A DNA stretch of 48,667 nt from Gemmatimonas sp. (GTDB lineage: Bacteria > Gemmatimonadota > Gemmatimonadetes > Gemmatimonadales > Gemmatimonadaceae), in the NCBI GenBank assembly GCA_040399825.1, contig JBBARJ010000001.1, forward strand, positions 1-48,667, written 5' to 3'. The notes under the pieces were generated by a model that saw only the letters and a program-made list of their open reading frames with translations, did no database searches and had not been told where the DNA came from. Both the position numbers and the translations under genes were made by a program. Positions 37,328 to 47,784 of this stretch are shown piece after piece (the first letter of the stretch is position 1; every line of letters begins with the position of its first letter).

Positions 37328-38785
37328 TCAGCGGTGCATCAGATGTTCGAGCACATCGAAGCGCGTCACGATCCCCTGCACCACCCCGTCCTTCTTCATC
37401 AACACGGCGCGGTTGCTCTTCGACAACAGCTTCGCCACGCTCTCCACCGGCTGATCGCTGTCGACCACCGGAAACGGCTGGTCCATCACGTCGCTCACCG
37501 ACTGATCGAGCACTTTCGGGTCGGCCAGTGACTTCGACGTGAGCTGCGATTCCGCCACGCTGCCAATGCACACCGCGCCATCCATCACCGGCACCTGCGA
37601 CACGTTGTGCAGCGCCATCAGCCGAATCGCCTGACGTACCGACGTCCCCGGCGAGACGCTCACGATCGCCGGCGCACTGGCGTCCTTGTTGCCAAGCACC
37701 GCTTCGATGGTCGTGGGCGAGACGTCGAGCATCTGGTTTTCACGCATCCACTCGTCGTTGAACACCTTGCTGAGATACCGCTCGCCGGTATCGCAGAGGA
37801 ACGTGACCACACACGACTCGGGGTCATCGAGCCGGCGCGCCACGTTCATTGCGGCGTGCGCGATCATCCCCGCCGATCCACCCACAAAAATGCCCTCTTC
37901 GCGCGTCAGACGACGCGCCATGCCGAAGGCATCCTTGTCGCTCACCGAGATGAATTCATCGATCACACTCATGTCGAGCGTGAGCGGCACGCAGTCCTGA
38001 CCCACCCCTTCCACCTTATACGGCGCGCCGGTGGGATGACCCTTGCCTTTACTCCGCCACAGTTCGGCCAGCACCGATCCCATCGGGTCGGCGGCGATGA
38101 TCTTGATGTTCGGGTTCTTGCTCTTGAGGTAGCGCGCCACGCCGGTGATCGTGCCGCCCGTTCCGGCGCCGGCCACGAAGTGCGTGATGCGACCGTCGGT
38201 CTGCTCCCAGATCTCGGGGCCCGTGGTGGCCAGGTGCGCCGCCGGATTGGCCGGATTCTCGAACTGCCCCGCCAACACCGCGCCCGGCGTCTCACGCACG
38301 ATCCGCTTGGCCATCATCACATAATTCTGCGGATGATCGTACGGCACCGCCGTCGGCGTAATGATCACTTCGGCCCCGAACGCTTTGAGCAGGCGCACCT
38401 TTTCCTGCGACATCTTATCGGGCATCGTGAAGATGCAGCGATAACCCTTGAGCGCGGCGGCGATCGCCAGACCGACGCCCGTATTGCCGCTCGTGGCCTC
38501 CACGATCGTGCCCCCCGGCTTCAGGGTGCCGGCCCGCTCATGCGACTCGATCATCGGCATGCCGACCCGATCCTTGACGCTGCCGCCCGGATTGAAGAAG
38601 TCAGCCTTGCCGTACAGCGGCGTCCGGATGCCGCGGGCCACGCGAGCCAGCCGGATCATCGGCGTCCAGCCGATCGTTTCCAGCACGCTGCCATAGGGCC
38701 GGCGGTGCCGGATGTGTTCTTCAGGCACGACCGCGTCGGTGGGAGCCGCGTCGGACGTGTGGGGAGTCGCCAGGGTGGTGGACAT
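37328..38785 (-). CDS. Cystathionine beta-synthase with C-terminal CBS domain pair
   Basis: NPGGSVKDR, EATSGNTG, MPDKMSQEK, GAGTGGT, CDTGERYLSK, followed by CBS domains. Confidence 0.93.
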   Translation of the reverse strand: MSTTLATPHTSDAAPTDAVVPEEHIRHRRPYGSVLETIGWTPMIRLARVARGIRTPLYGKADFFNPGGSVKDRVGMPMIESHERAGTLKPGGTIVEATSGNTGVGLAIAAALKGYRCIFTMPDKMSQEKVRLLKAFGAEVIITPTAVPYDHPQNYVMMAKRIVRETPGAVLAGQFENPANPAAHLATTGPEIWEQTDGRITHFVAGAGTGGTITGVARYLKSKNPNIKIIAADPMGSVLAELWRSKGKGHPTGAPYKVEGVGQDCVPLTLDMSVIDEFISVSDKDAFGMARRLTREEGIFVGGSAGMIAHAAMNVARRLDDPESCVVTFLCDTGERYLSKVFNDEWMRENQMLDVSPTTIEAVLGNKDASAPAIVSVSPGTSVRQAIRLMALHNVSQVPVMDGAVCIGSVAESQLTSKSLADPKVLDQSVSDVMDQPFPVVDSDQPVESVAKLLSKSNRAVLMKKDGVVQGIVTRFDVLEHLMHR

Positions 38786-39087
38786 GGCCGGATTCGTCAC
38801 AGGGAGTCCCCGGGGGGCGTTGGCCCCTCGGGATGTCGGAAATGCACAGGACGGGCAACGACGCGGGTATCGGGGTACCACACAGACGTCCGACGCAAGA
38901 AACAGCCGAAGCGGCACGTTGCCCTGTATTTTCCGCTCATACAGTGACTCCGATTACCGAACGGGCACGTCGACGTTCAACATCTCGGGAGCAGCACAGG
39001 TCGAATCCCACCCGATCGCTTGCTGGAATGTACACCCGCTTCGTGCACTCGGCGGAATCGTCCGACCTCCATCAAACCGCAGTCGAT

Positions 39088-41520
39088 ATGCTCTCGCGTC
39101 GCCCTCTCTCTGATCGTTCGGCCTCCACCCGCACCGCGCGCCTCGGCGCGCGACGCACACCGCTCACGCTGGCCAGCGCCGCCGTGCTGCTCTTGGGCGC
39201 CTGCTCGGGCGAAAAGAGTACGGGCCCCGGACCGGTCGCGGCCGCCATCAGGTCGGAAGCCGGCAACGCGCAGACCGGCGTCGTTGGCGCCGCGCTGAGT
39301 GTACCGCTCTCGGTCGTCGTCACCGACAAGAGTGGTAAAACCATATCGGGAGCGCGTGTAGACTGGGACGTGGGCGTGGGCTCGGGGACCGCCTCGCCCA
39401 CACGGTCCACCGCCGACTCACGCGGCGTCGCCACCACCGTCTGGACGCTGGGCTCAACCGCTGGCACCGCACGCCTCTCCGCTCAGGTGAACGGTGTCAC
39501 GCCAGTGGTCTTCACCGCGACGGTGCTCGCCGGACCGGCGGCCCTGCTCGTGGCGTCTCCGGAAGCGGCCTATCTGAACGTCGGCGACACCGTGCGGGTG
39601 CGTGGATCACTACGTGATCAATACGGCAACACCATTGTCGGCCAGTCGATCACCTACAGCACACTCGATCCCACACTGGCCTCCATAAACTCGACGGGGC
39701 TCGTGACCGCCCTGACCGTCGGCACCGCCCGCGTGCTGGCTGAGGCCTCCGGCCGCGCCGACACCGTGCCGGTAACCATCTCGGCCACCGGCGCGAGCGT
39801 GTGCGGACCGATCGCCGCGCGCGTGTTGGCGCTGGGCGAAGTGTTTATCCCACCGGCCGGCAGCTCGAGCATCACCACCTGCATTTCCTCGCCGTCGGCC
39901 ATCAACGGTGAGTACGCCCTCACGCTGGTCTCAACGGCCACCTCGTTCGGGACATCGTCACCGGTGGATGTGCTCGCGCTCGGCAGCACCGGTCCCACCA
40001 TCGCCGCCCTTACGGGCGACGCCAATCCCTTCGCGCCAGACGCATCCGGCTTCTCGTCGGCGTCGGCATCCATCGATGTGTTCGATGCCGCCACCACAGC
40101 GTTGTCGCCCGTACGCGCAGCCGAACTGGCACGGCGTACCCTTGAACGGCGTGAACTCACACCGCTGGTCAGCGAGGCCCGCGATTGGATGGCCTCGCGC
40201 ACAGTGCCGTCACCGACTGCGCCGTCACGCACCGCGTATGCCGTCACGGCAGCCGGCGCAAAAGTGGGCGATGTGCTTCGCCTGAACGTGAACGCGAACG
40301 TGGCATGCGCCAACGCCGACACCAGGTCAGGGCGCGTGGCCGCCGTGGGGACGAAATCAATCATCGTCAGCGACACCGAAAATCCCACCGGTGGCTACAC
40401 CGACGCCGAGTACGCCGCAATTGCCGCCACGTTCGACACGCTCGTGTTTCCGATGGATACCACCGCGTTCGGAGCCCCCTCGAACATCAGCGGCGACGGC
40501 AAGATCATCCTGCTGTACACCCGCGCGGTGAACGCCCTCACGCCGTCCGGCGCGGGGTATACGATCGGCGGGTTCTTCTTCGCACGCGACCTGTATCCGA
40601 AGACGGCCAAGAACGGACTCGCCGCCTGCGCCGCGTCGAATGAAACCGAGATGTTCTACCTGCTGGCGCCCGATCCCAACGGCACGGTGAACACGAACAA
40701 GCGTACGAAGGATGAAGTGACGCTGCTGAATCTCACCACCATCGCGCACGAGTTGCAGCACTTGATCAACTCATCGCGCCGCCTGTACGTGAACACCGGG
40801 GCGCGTCCGAATGAAGAAACCTGGCTGGACGAAGGCCTGTCGCACTTGGCCGAGGAACTGCTGTACTTCCGCATGACTAATGTCACGTCGCGGCAGAATC
40901 TCGGACTCACCGAAGTGGCGGGGAACGCCACGCGCTCCGATCAGTTCCGCAATTATGCGTCGCAGAACTTTTCGCGATTCTACAGCTATCTCATCGCGCC
41001 CGAAGTGAACTCGCCGTACGCGCCCAACGACTCGCTTGCCACGCGCGGCGCGATCTGGAATTTTCTGCGCTATGCGGCGGGCCGTCAGGGCGCTGCCGGG
41101 GAAGCCTCGTTCCTGCGCTCGCTCGTGAATTCGAACACGACGGGTGTGGCCAATTTGCAGACCGTGCTCTCGGGCGGTCAGTTCGCCGACTATCTGCGCG
41201 ACTGGTCGATCTCGCTCATCGCCGACGACTTCTCACCGACCACGACGGCGGCATTGTCCCAGAGCTACATCATGCCGTCGTGGAATTTCCGCAGCATTTA
41301 TCCTGGACTGCGCTTCTCTGGTGGCACGGCACTGGGGGTGTATCCCATCGCGACGCGCTCGCTGCTGTCCGGCTCACCGCAGCGCGTCCTGCTGGCCGGC
41401 GGCACGAGTTCATTCGTCCGCTTCGGCATTCCGGCTGGACGCAGTGCCGTGGTCATCGTGTCGTCGAGCGGCGCGTTGCCGCCCAGCACGCTCAAATACG
41501 CGCTGGTGCGGTTGCGCTGA
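39088..41520 (+). CDS. Lipoprotein with Ig-like domains and an HEXXH zinc metallopeptidase domain (M30-like)
   Basis: LLLGAC lipobox, Big-type domains, AHELQHLIN...WLDEGLSHLAE. Confidence 0.8.
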   Translation: MLSRRPLSDRSASTRTARLGARRTPLTLASAAVLLLGACSGEKSTGPGPVAAAIRSEAGNAQTGVVGAALSVPLSVVVTDKSGKTISGARVDWDVGVGSGTASPTRSTADSRGVATTVWTLGSTAGTARLSAQVNGVTPVVFTATVLAGPAALLVASPEAAYLNVGDTVRVRGSLRDQYGNTIVGQSITYSTLDPTLASINSTGLVTALTVGTARVLAEASGRADTVPVTISATGASVCGPIAARVLALGEVFIPPAGSSSITTCISSPSAINGEYALTLVSTATSFGTSSPVDVLALGSTGPTIAALTGDANPFAPDASGFSSASASIDVFDAATTALSPVRAAELARRTLERRELTPLVSEARDWMASRTVPSPTAPSRTAYAVTAAGAKVGDVLRLNVNANVACANADTRSGRVAAVGTKSIIVSDTENPTGGYTDAEYAAIAATFDTLVFPMDTTAFGAPSNISGDGKIILLYTRAVNALTPSGAGYTIGGFFFARDLYPKTAKNGLAACAASNETEMFYLLAPDPNGTVNTNKRTKDEVTLLNLTTIAHELQHLINSSRRLYVNTGARPNEETWLDEGLSHLAEELLYFRMTNVTSRQNLGLTEVAGNATRSDQFRNYASQNFSRFYSYLIAPEVNSPYAPNDSLATRGAIWNFLRYAAGRQGAAGEASFLRSLVNSNTTGVANLQTVLSGGQFADYLRDWSISLIADDFSPTTTAALSQSYIMPSWNFRSIYPGLRFSGGTALGVYPIATRSLLSGSPQRVLLAGGTSSFVRFGIPAGRSAVVIVSSSGALPPSTLKYALVRLR

Positions 41521-41553
41521 CAGCGACGGCGCTGACGAAAGCGGTACGGTGCG

Positions 41554-42399
41554 TTACGAACGCTGCTTGAGCGTGATCTCGTAGAGTTTCGACCACAGCT
41601 TCCCGGTCACGAACAGGCGGTCGCGAGCGGCATCGTAGGCGATGCCGTTCATGACATCTTCGCTGCCGGTGCGATCGATCGAGGGCAGGATCCCCTTCAG
41701 GTCGATCCATCCCGTCACGTTGCCGGTAGCGGGATCGATGCGCGCGATCTGTTCGCTCTGCCAGATATTAGCCCAGATCTCGCCCTTCACCCACTCGAGC
41801 TCATTGAGCTGCGACACAGGGGTGCCATGATCGGTCACGGTGATCGTTTTCTGCACGGCGAACGTGGCCGGATCACGCCACACGAGGGCTGACGTGCCGT
41901 TGCTCATGATGATGGCCGACCCGTCGGTGGTGAGTCCCCACCCTTCGCCGTCGTACGTGAACTGGCCCGTGCGCGTGAAGGTCTTCCAGTCGTACACGAA
42001 TGCTTTGCCGCTCGTCCACGTGATCTGGAACAGCTGCTCGCCTAACAGCACGATGCCTTCTCCGAAGTGTGGCGCTTCGAGATCCTGTTGCCGGATCACG
42101 CGGCCGGAGTTGAGCTCGACTTCGCGAATGTTCGACGAGCCGACCTGACCGGTGCTCTCGAACAGCCGGTTCTCGTGCCACACCAATCCCTGCGTAAACG
42201 CCTTCGGGTCGTGCGGATAACTCTGCACGACCTCGAAGCTGTAGGTCGGCGTGCGCGCGGCCACGATGCCGGTCGTATCACCATCATCGGCACTGGCCGC
42301 GCCACGATCCCCACCGCACGCACCGAACGCGCCGGCGGTGGACACGAAGGCGATCGTGCCAAACAGAATCACGGCCGAGGCCGTGCGCGAACGTCGCAT
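41554..42399 (-). CDS. Glutaminyl-peptide cyclotransferase (type I, beta-propeller)
   Basis: YPHDPKAFTQGL, ESTG, FGEG, EGWGLT, LNELE, ANIW, DVMNGIA, VTGKLW motifs. Start uncertain. Confidence 0.93.
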   Translation of the reverse strand: MRRSRTASAVILFGTIAFVSTAGAFGACGGDRGAASADDGDTTGIVAARTPTYSFEVVQSYPHDPKAFTQGLVWHENRLFESTGQVGSSNIREVELNSGRVIRQQDLEAPHFGEGIVLLGEQLFQITWTSGKAFVYDWKTFTRTGQFTYDGEGWGLTTDGSAIIMSNGTSALVWRDPATFAVQKTITVTDHGTPVSQLNELEWVKGEIWANIWQSEQIARIDPATGNVTGWIDLKGILPSIDRTGSEDVMNGIAYDAARDRLFVTGKLWSKLYEITLKQRS

Positions 42400-42450
42400 G
42401 CTGGAGAGAAGAGCCATCGGTCGAGTTGCAGCAGGGTGAGAAATGCGGAC

Positions 42451-42506
42451 CACGACAACACGAACTGATATGAACGGACACGAACGGATACCAACGGAAA
42501 CACGAC
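42451..42506. repeat. 10-mer tandem array (YGAACGGAYA-like)x4 flanked by CACGAC direct repeats
   Basis: CGAACTGATA TGAACGGACA CGAACGGATA CCAACGGAAA; CACGAC at 42451 and 42501. Confidence 0.65.
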
Positions 42507-42510
42507 TGCG

Positions 42511-43074
42511 CTATCCATCCACCCACTCGCGCAGCGCTCGAAGCAACGTCACGAGATCCGCCAGTTGGTGATTCGCGTTCAAGCCGCTCGGACTCGGTAA
42601 TACCCACAAGGCCGAGTCGGCGAGCCGCTCCTCCTGCAATCCAAGCGTGGCCTTGGGACGCCCGAACGCCGAGCGATAGGCGCCGATACCCAGAAACGCC
42701 ACCACGCGCGGCCGCTGCGCCTCCACCAACCGACGCAGGCGCTGGCCACCCGCCACGTACTCATCGGGGCTGAGCTCAGCCGCCGTGGCGGTCGTGCGCT
42801 CCACCATGTTGGTGATGCCGATGCCGAGCGGAAGCAGCGCCCGCTCCTCCCACGGCGCGAAGAGCCGCGGCGTGAAGCCGGCGCCGTGCAGCGCCGGCCA
42901 GAAGCGATTGCCCGGCCGGCCGAAATGATGACCGATCGCCGCCGTGTAGAGCCCGGGGTTGATGCCGCAGAACAGCACCCGCAGTCCCGGCGCGACGAGA
43001 TCCGGCACGATCAGATCGACCGCTGCCGCCAGCTCCGCCTTGGTCGGCTTCTGTGGTGGCATGCGGTCAGTCAC
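42511..43074 (-). CDS. mug: G/U mismatch-specific uracil-DNA glycosylase
   Basis: FCGINPG, NRFW and LPSPSGLN motifs. Confidence 0.93.
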   Translation of the reverse strand: MTDRMPPQKPTKAELAAAVDLIVPDLVAPGLRVLFCGINPGLYTAAIGHHFGRPGNRFWPALHGAGFTPRLFAPWEERALLPLGIGITNMVERTTATAAELSPDEYVAGGQRLRRLVEAQRPRVVAFLGIGAYRSAFGRPKATLGLQEERLADSALWVLPSPSGLNANHQLADLVTLLRALREWVDG

Positions 43075-45787
43075 TGAGCGACTGCTTGAGCGACGCCAAC
43101 GCCGTCAACGCCTGCATCGGTGTCATCTGATCAGGCTCGAGCGCGCCGACGGCGTCAGCCAGACGGGTCAACGCCGGATCGGGGGCCGCCGGTGCTGCGA
43201 CGTCGCCGAAGAAACCGAGCTGCGGCGTCGATGCACCCGCATGCTTCATGCGCGGCCCCTTGCGCGACACGCTCTTGGGCACCGCCAGTCCATCGGCCGT
43301 GAGGCGCGCCGCCATCTGTTCCCCTTCACCCTCGAGCAGCGCCAGCACTTCCTTGGCGCGGGCGATCACCGCGGCGGGTAGTCCCGCCAGACGTCCCACC
43401 TCGATGCCGTACGACCGATCAGCGCCGCCGGGAATGAGCCGGTGCAGGAACAGCACCTGATCGCCCACTTCGCGCACCGCCACCGTGAAATTGCGCACGC
43501 CACTCAGCTCGCTCGCCAGCTGCGTGAGCTCGTGATAGTGCGTGGCGAATACGGTCTTGCAGCCGATCGCATCATGCAGGTGTTCGCTCACGCTCCAGGC
43601 GATCGACACGCCGTCGTACGTGCTGGTGCCGCGACCGATTTCGTCGAGCAGCACCAACGAGCGCTTGGTCGCCGTGTGGAGAATCGCGCTCGTCTCGCTC
43701 ATCTCCACCATGAACGTGGACTGGCCACGCACCAGATTGTCGCTGGCACCCACGCGCGTGAACAAGCGGTCCACGATCGGCAGTTTGGCCCGACGGGCCG
43801 GCACATAGGCGCCGACCTGGGCCATCAGCTGGATCAATCCGACCTGACGCAGAATCGTACTCTTGCCCGCCATGTTCGGACCGGTCAGCACGATCATCTG
43901 ACCGTTCTCACTGAGCACGAGATCGTTCGGGATGAACTTCTCCCGCGCCATCATCCGTTCCACCACCGGATGTCGCCCCGCCACGATCTCCAGGTCGAAG
44001 CCGTCGTTCAACTCGGGGCGCACGTACTGTTCGCGCTCGGCCACGTCGGCGAAGGCCGTGAGCACGTCGATCGTCGCCACCCGTCGCGCCACCTGCTGCC
44101 ACCGACGGATCGCCGCGCCCGCATCACGACGCAATCCCTCGAACAATTCGCGCTCGCGTGTCTCGATGCGATCGGCCGCGCTGAGCACCTTCTCCTCATA
44201 TTCCTTGAGGGCTGGCGTGACATACCGTTCGGCCCCCGTCAGCGTCTGACGGCGCTGATAGTCGTCGGGCACCAGATGCTTGTTGGCGTTCGAGATCTCG
44301 AGGAAATACCCGAAGACGCGATTGTACCCCACCTTGAGCGAGTGGATGCCGGTGCGCGCGCGCTCCTGCGACTGGATCGTCGCGATCGCATCCTTGCCGC
44401 CGTCACGCAGGGCGCGGAGCTCGTCGAGATCGGCATCCATACCCGGCGCGATCGTGTCCTCTTCGCCGATCATGAGCGGCGGGCGTTCCACCAGCATCGT
44501 CGTGAGTCGGTCAGCGCAGTCACGACCGTCATCCCAATCATCCAGCATGGCGGTGAGCAGCCCGCCGCTCGAGTTGCCCTGCGCGGCGTGCGTCAGCACG
44601 GCGCGCACCGCGTCGGCCACCTGCGGCAAGCGCGCCAGTGAATCACCGAGGGCGCGCAGTTCACGGGGCGTGGCCCGGCCCGCCGCCGCTTTGCTGGCCA
44701 GTCGCTCCACGTCACGCACGCCATCGAGCGCCTCACGCACACCGGCGCGCCCGACCGGATCACGCACCAGCACCGTCACCGCATCGAGACGCAATTCGAT
44801 CGCACCACGCTCGAGCAACGGGGCCAGCAGCCACTGCCGCAGCATGCGCTGGCCCATCGGCGTGGTCGTGCGATCCAGCACCGACAGCAACGTACCCGCC
44901 AGTTCACCACCACGCAGCGACTCGACGAGCTCGAGATTACGACGCGTCATCTCGTCGAGCGGCATGACACCGCCCGGACGCTCCACCACCGGACGCGCGA
45001 GGTGCGGCAATCCGCCCGGCTGCAATTCACGCAGATAGCGCAACAGCGCACCCGCGGCGCCGATCGCGCCCGCATCGTCACTCCCCAACCCGAAGCCTTC
45101 CAGCGATCGGACATCGAACTGTCGCGCCAGTTCATCGCTCGCCAACTGCGCGTCGAATTCCCACCCCTCGCGCTCGGTCACCAGCACGTTGTCCACGGCC
45201 GTCATCGCTGCCGCCAGCTCGGGGTGCGACACCCCACGCACCACCAGCAGTTCGCGCGGCGCCAATCGCGCCAGCACCGCGGACGCATCCATCGGCGTCA
45301 CCAGAAACAGGCGCCACTCACCCGTGGACAAGTCAGCCGCCGCGATGCCGATCTGTTCGCGCAATCCGTCGCGCGAGGTGTCGCGACCGGTCGCAATGGC
45401 GCACACGTAGTTCGCGCGCGCGCCATCGAGCAGATCATCGGCGAACACAGCGCCCGGTGTGATCGTCTCCACCACTTCGCGCTTCACGAGACCCTTCGCG
45501 AACTTCGGATCCTCCACCTGCTCGCAGATGGCGACGCGGAAGCCTTGTCCCACCAGACGGCGCAGGTACTCCGCCGCCGCCTTCACCGGAATGCCCGCCA
45601 GCGGCACTTCCGCCGCCCCGCCGTTGTTGCGCGAGGTGAGCGTGAGGCCGATCGCCCGCGACGCCGTTTCGGCGTCATCGTAGAACATCTCGTAGAAATC
45701 ACCCATGCGGAAAAACAGAATCGCATCCTGATGACGCGACTTGATCTCCCGATACTGCTGCATCAACGGCGTGGCCGCACCACTCAC
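43067..45787 (-). CDS. mutS: DNA mismatch repair protein MutS
   Basis: TPLMQQY, FFRMGDFYEMF, TGPNMAGKST, STFMVEM, DEIGRGT and SYGIEV motifs. Confidence 0.98.
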   Translation of the reverse strand: MSGAATPLMQQYREIKSRHQDAILFFRMGDFYEMFYDDAETASRAIGLTLTSRNNGGAAEVPLAGIPVKAAAEYLRRLVGQGFRVAICEQVEDPKFAKGLVKREVVETITPGAVFADDLLDGARANYVCAIATGRDTSRDGLREQIGIAAADLSTGEWRLFLVTPMDASAVLARLAPRELLVVRGVSHPELAAAMTAVDNVLVTEREGWEFDAQLASDELARQFDVRSLEGFGLGSDDAGAIGAAGALLRYLRELQPGGLPHLARPVVERPGGVMPLDEMTRRNLELVESLRGGELAGTLLSVLDRTTTPMGQRMLRQWLLAPLLERGAIELRLDAVTVLVRDPVGRAGVREALDGVRDVERLASKAAAGRATPRELRALGDSLARLPQVADAVRAVLTHAAQGNSSGGLLTAMLDDWDDGRDCADRLTTMLVERPPLMIGEEDTIAPGMDADLDELRALRDGGKDAIATIQSQERARTGIHSLKVGYNRVFGYFLEISNANKHLVPDDYQRRQTLTGAERYVTPALKEYEEKVLSAADRIETRERELFEGLRRDAGAAIRRWQQVARRVATIDVLTAFADVAEREQYVRPELNDGFDLEIVAGRHPVVERMMAREKFIPNDLVLSENGQMIVLTGPNMAGKSTILRQVGLIQLMAQVGAYVPARRAKLPIVDRLFTRVGASDNLVRGQSTFMVEMSETSAILHTATKRSLVLLDEIGRGTSTYDGVSIAWSVSEHLHDAIGCKTVFATHYHELTQLASELSGVRNFTVAVREVGDQVLFLHRLIPGGADRSYGIEVGRLAGLPAAVIARAKEVLALLEGEGEQMAARLTADGLAVPKSVSRKGPRMKHAGASTPQLGFFGDVAAPAAPDPALTRLADAVGALEPDQMTPMQALTALASLKQSLSD

Positions 45788-46680
45788 GGCGTGCGCTCCG
45801 CCACGAAGCCAGTCAACCCGAGTTTCTTCAGGCGGTTCAGCGCACTGGCCGCCTCGGCGCGCGTCGCGTAGTAACCCACACGCACGCGGAATGGCTTCTG
45901 CTCGCCGTCGATGCGCGCGTCGATGTCACGCTTGGTGAGACGCTGCACGGCGTTGTCGGCGTCAGCACGCGTATCGTACGCCGCCAGCTGGACGGAGTAG
46001 CGTCCCGATCCTTCCACCGGCTTGGCAGAAATCGCTGGCTTTCCGGATGGCACCGACTTCTCGGATGCCGCCGGCTTCTCGCTCGCCACGGGTGTGCTGG
46101 TCGCCATCACGCCCGTGCACCGGCGCTGCAGTTCGTCCGACTGCAGCCGCAATTCGCCTTCCGCGATCTCGACGCCGCGCAGCGAATCGAGCGCACCGCA
46201 ACCACCCGCCATGTTGCGCTCTTCGAAGTAGCTGCGCGTCAGCCACAGCAGCCCCTTCGCACGATACACGCCACTCGGGAAGTCACGCAGCAAGCGCGTA
46301 AAATACACGCGCGCCTCGGCCGGATGTCCGCGCAGCATATCCAGCTCGCCCAAGCGCACCAACGCGTCGGGGGCACGCGGTGACAACGGCACATCGATTA
46401 CCAGTCGCTTCCAATCGCGCTCCGCGTCACCGATGCGTTCGGCGAGGACCGCGCGCCAATACAACGCTTCCGCAAAGTCGAACGTCCCCACCGGCACGGC
46501 ACCGACGAGCGAATCCAGCAGCGTACGCGCCGCGGCACCATCACCGCCATCCACCATCGCGCGGGCACGCGCCGTGGTGCCCTCCACCGCCGGCGTCACC
46601 TGCGCCGACACCATCGGGGCGATCCACACCATCGCGGCGCAACCGGTGGCCACGATCATCCGCGTCGCGCGATCCATCAT
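45784..46680 (-). CDS. Secreted TPR + SPOR domain protein
   Basis: Signal peptide, TPR-like helices, S.KP-type linker repeats, C-terminal YSVQLAAY...FRVRVGYY. Confidence 0.85.
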   Translation of the reverse strand: MMDRATRMIVATGCAAMVWIAPMVSAQVTPAVEGTTARARAMVDGGDGAAARTLLDSLVGAVPVGTFDFAEALYWRAVLAERIGDAERDWKRLVIDVPLSPRAPDALVRLGELDMLRGHPAEARVYFTRLLRDFPSGVYRAKGLLWLTRSYFEERNMAGGCGALDSLRGVEIAEGELRLQSDELQRRCTGVMATSTPVASEKPAASEKSVPSGKPAISAKPVEGSGRYSVQLAAYDTRADADNAVQRLTKRDIDARIDGEQKPFRVRVGYYATRAEAASALNRLKKLGLTGFVAERTP

Positions 46681-47753
46681 GCCGCCTTCCGGCGACGCGT
46701 GGCACAGAGGCTGAGCACGAGGGACATGAGGATCTGCTCCGCATTCGAGACCGTGGTTTCCTTGAGCGCGATATCCGCTTCCAGCAACAACTCGAGTGCC
46801 TGCTCACACGCCGCCGCACTCCACTGCTCGGTGACCTTGGTCCACGCCGACGCCGCCTCGTTCCACGGCCGGCCGGGATACCCACCGGTCTCCTTGAGGA
46901 ACGCGAAGAACTCCTGCGGCAACCGATTGGTGGGAATCCCCGCATCACGCCGGGCGCGCCCGAACGACAGCGCGAACGCCTGCGTGCTCAGCATCATCAC
47001 GACTTGCACCGCCGTCACTTTCGGCTGCCCAAGCACGTGGGCCACCAACGTCACCGCGGCGGCAGCGTCCTGTCGTGCCACGGCATCGAGCAGATCCGTC
47101 ACCGTTTCGCCACGCCGGATCCCCACGACAGCCGAGACGATGTCCACATCGATGGTAGCGCGAATGTCCCGGTCGACCCCGATGGCGTAACTCGCGCACT
47201 TGTCGAGCTCCGACGCCAGCTGATGCAGATCGTTACCGACCGCCTGCTGCAGCAGCTGCGCAGCGTCGTCGGCAATGTTCACCGCCAGCACCGTCGTTGC
47301 ATGATGGGCAATCCATCGGCGGATACGCTCGGGGGTGAGCGGCGCAAATTCGAGCGACTCCGAAGCAGCAGCGAGCGCCGCGTCGACCTTCGTGCCGGCA
47401 GGACTCACCAACAACAGCAGCGTGTCGCTGGCCGGTCGCTTGAGATATTGGTCGAGCTGCTTTCGCGCCGCTTTCTTGAGGGCGGTCACATCACGGAAAA
47501 CCACCGCGCGCTTCTCAGCCAGCATCGGCGGCGTCGACAGCAAGCTGCTCACCGCTTCGGCATCCAGTTCACTGGCGCGGCGGATCTCGCAGTTGAAGTC
47601 GCGGGTGCTCGGGTCGATCGACGCCTCGAGCAGCTCGCGCACCGCGCCGTCTTTCAGGTAATCGTCGTCGCCGTGCAGGTAATACACAGGCGCGAAGCTC
47701 CGCGACTGAATCGCGGCCTGCACGACGCGGAGGGGCGACGATTCCTTGGCCAT
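46677..47753 (-). CDS. holA: DNA polymerase III delta subunit
   Basis: PVYYLHGDDDYL, DFN, TPPMLAEKRAV and GNDLHQLASELDK motifs. Confidence 0.9.
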   Translation of the reverse strand: MAKESSPLRVVQAAIQSRSFAPVYYLHGDDDYLKDGAVRELLEASIDPSTRDFNCEIRRASELDAEAVSSLLSTPPMLAEKRAVVFRDVTALKKAARKQLDQYLKRPASDTLLLLVSPAGTKVDAALAAASESLEFAPLTPERIRRWIAHHATTVLAVNIADDAAQLLQQAVGNDLHQLASELDKCASYAIGVDRDIRATIDVDIVSAVVGIRRGETVTDLLDAVARQDAAAAVTLVAHVLGQPKVTAVQVVMMLSTQAFALSFGRARRDAGIPTNRLPQEFFAFLKETGGYPGRPWNEAASAWTKVTEQWSAAACEQALELLLEADIALKETTVSNAEQILMSLVLSLCATRRRKAA

Positions 47754-47784
47754 CCCATCAAGATAAGGGACCGCCGGTCGAACT

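Noticed and set aside
37319-37342. 11-bp tandem duplication AGCGGTGCATC at the CBS gene end
   Set aside because: Simple local duplication with no evident consequence.
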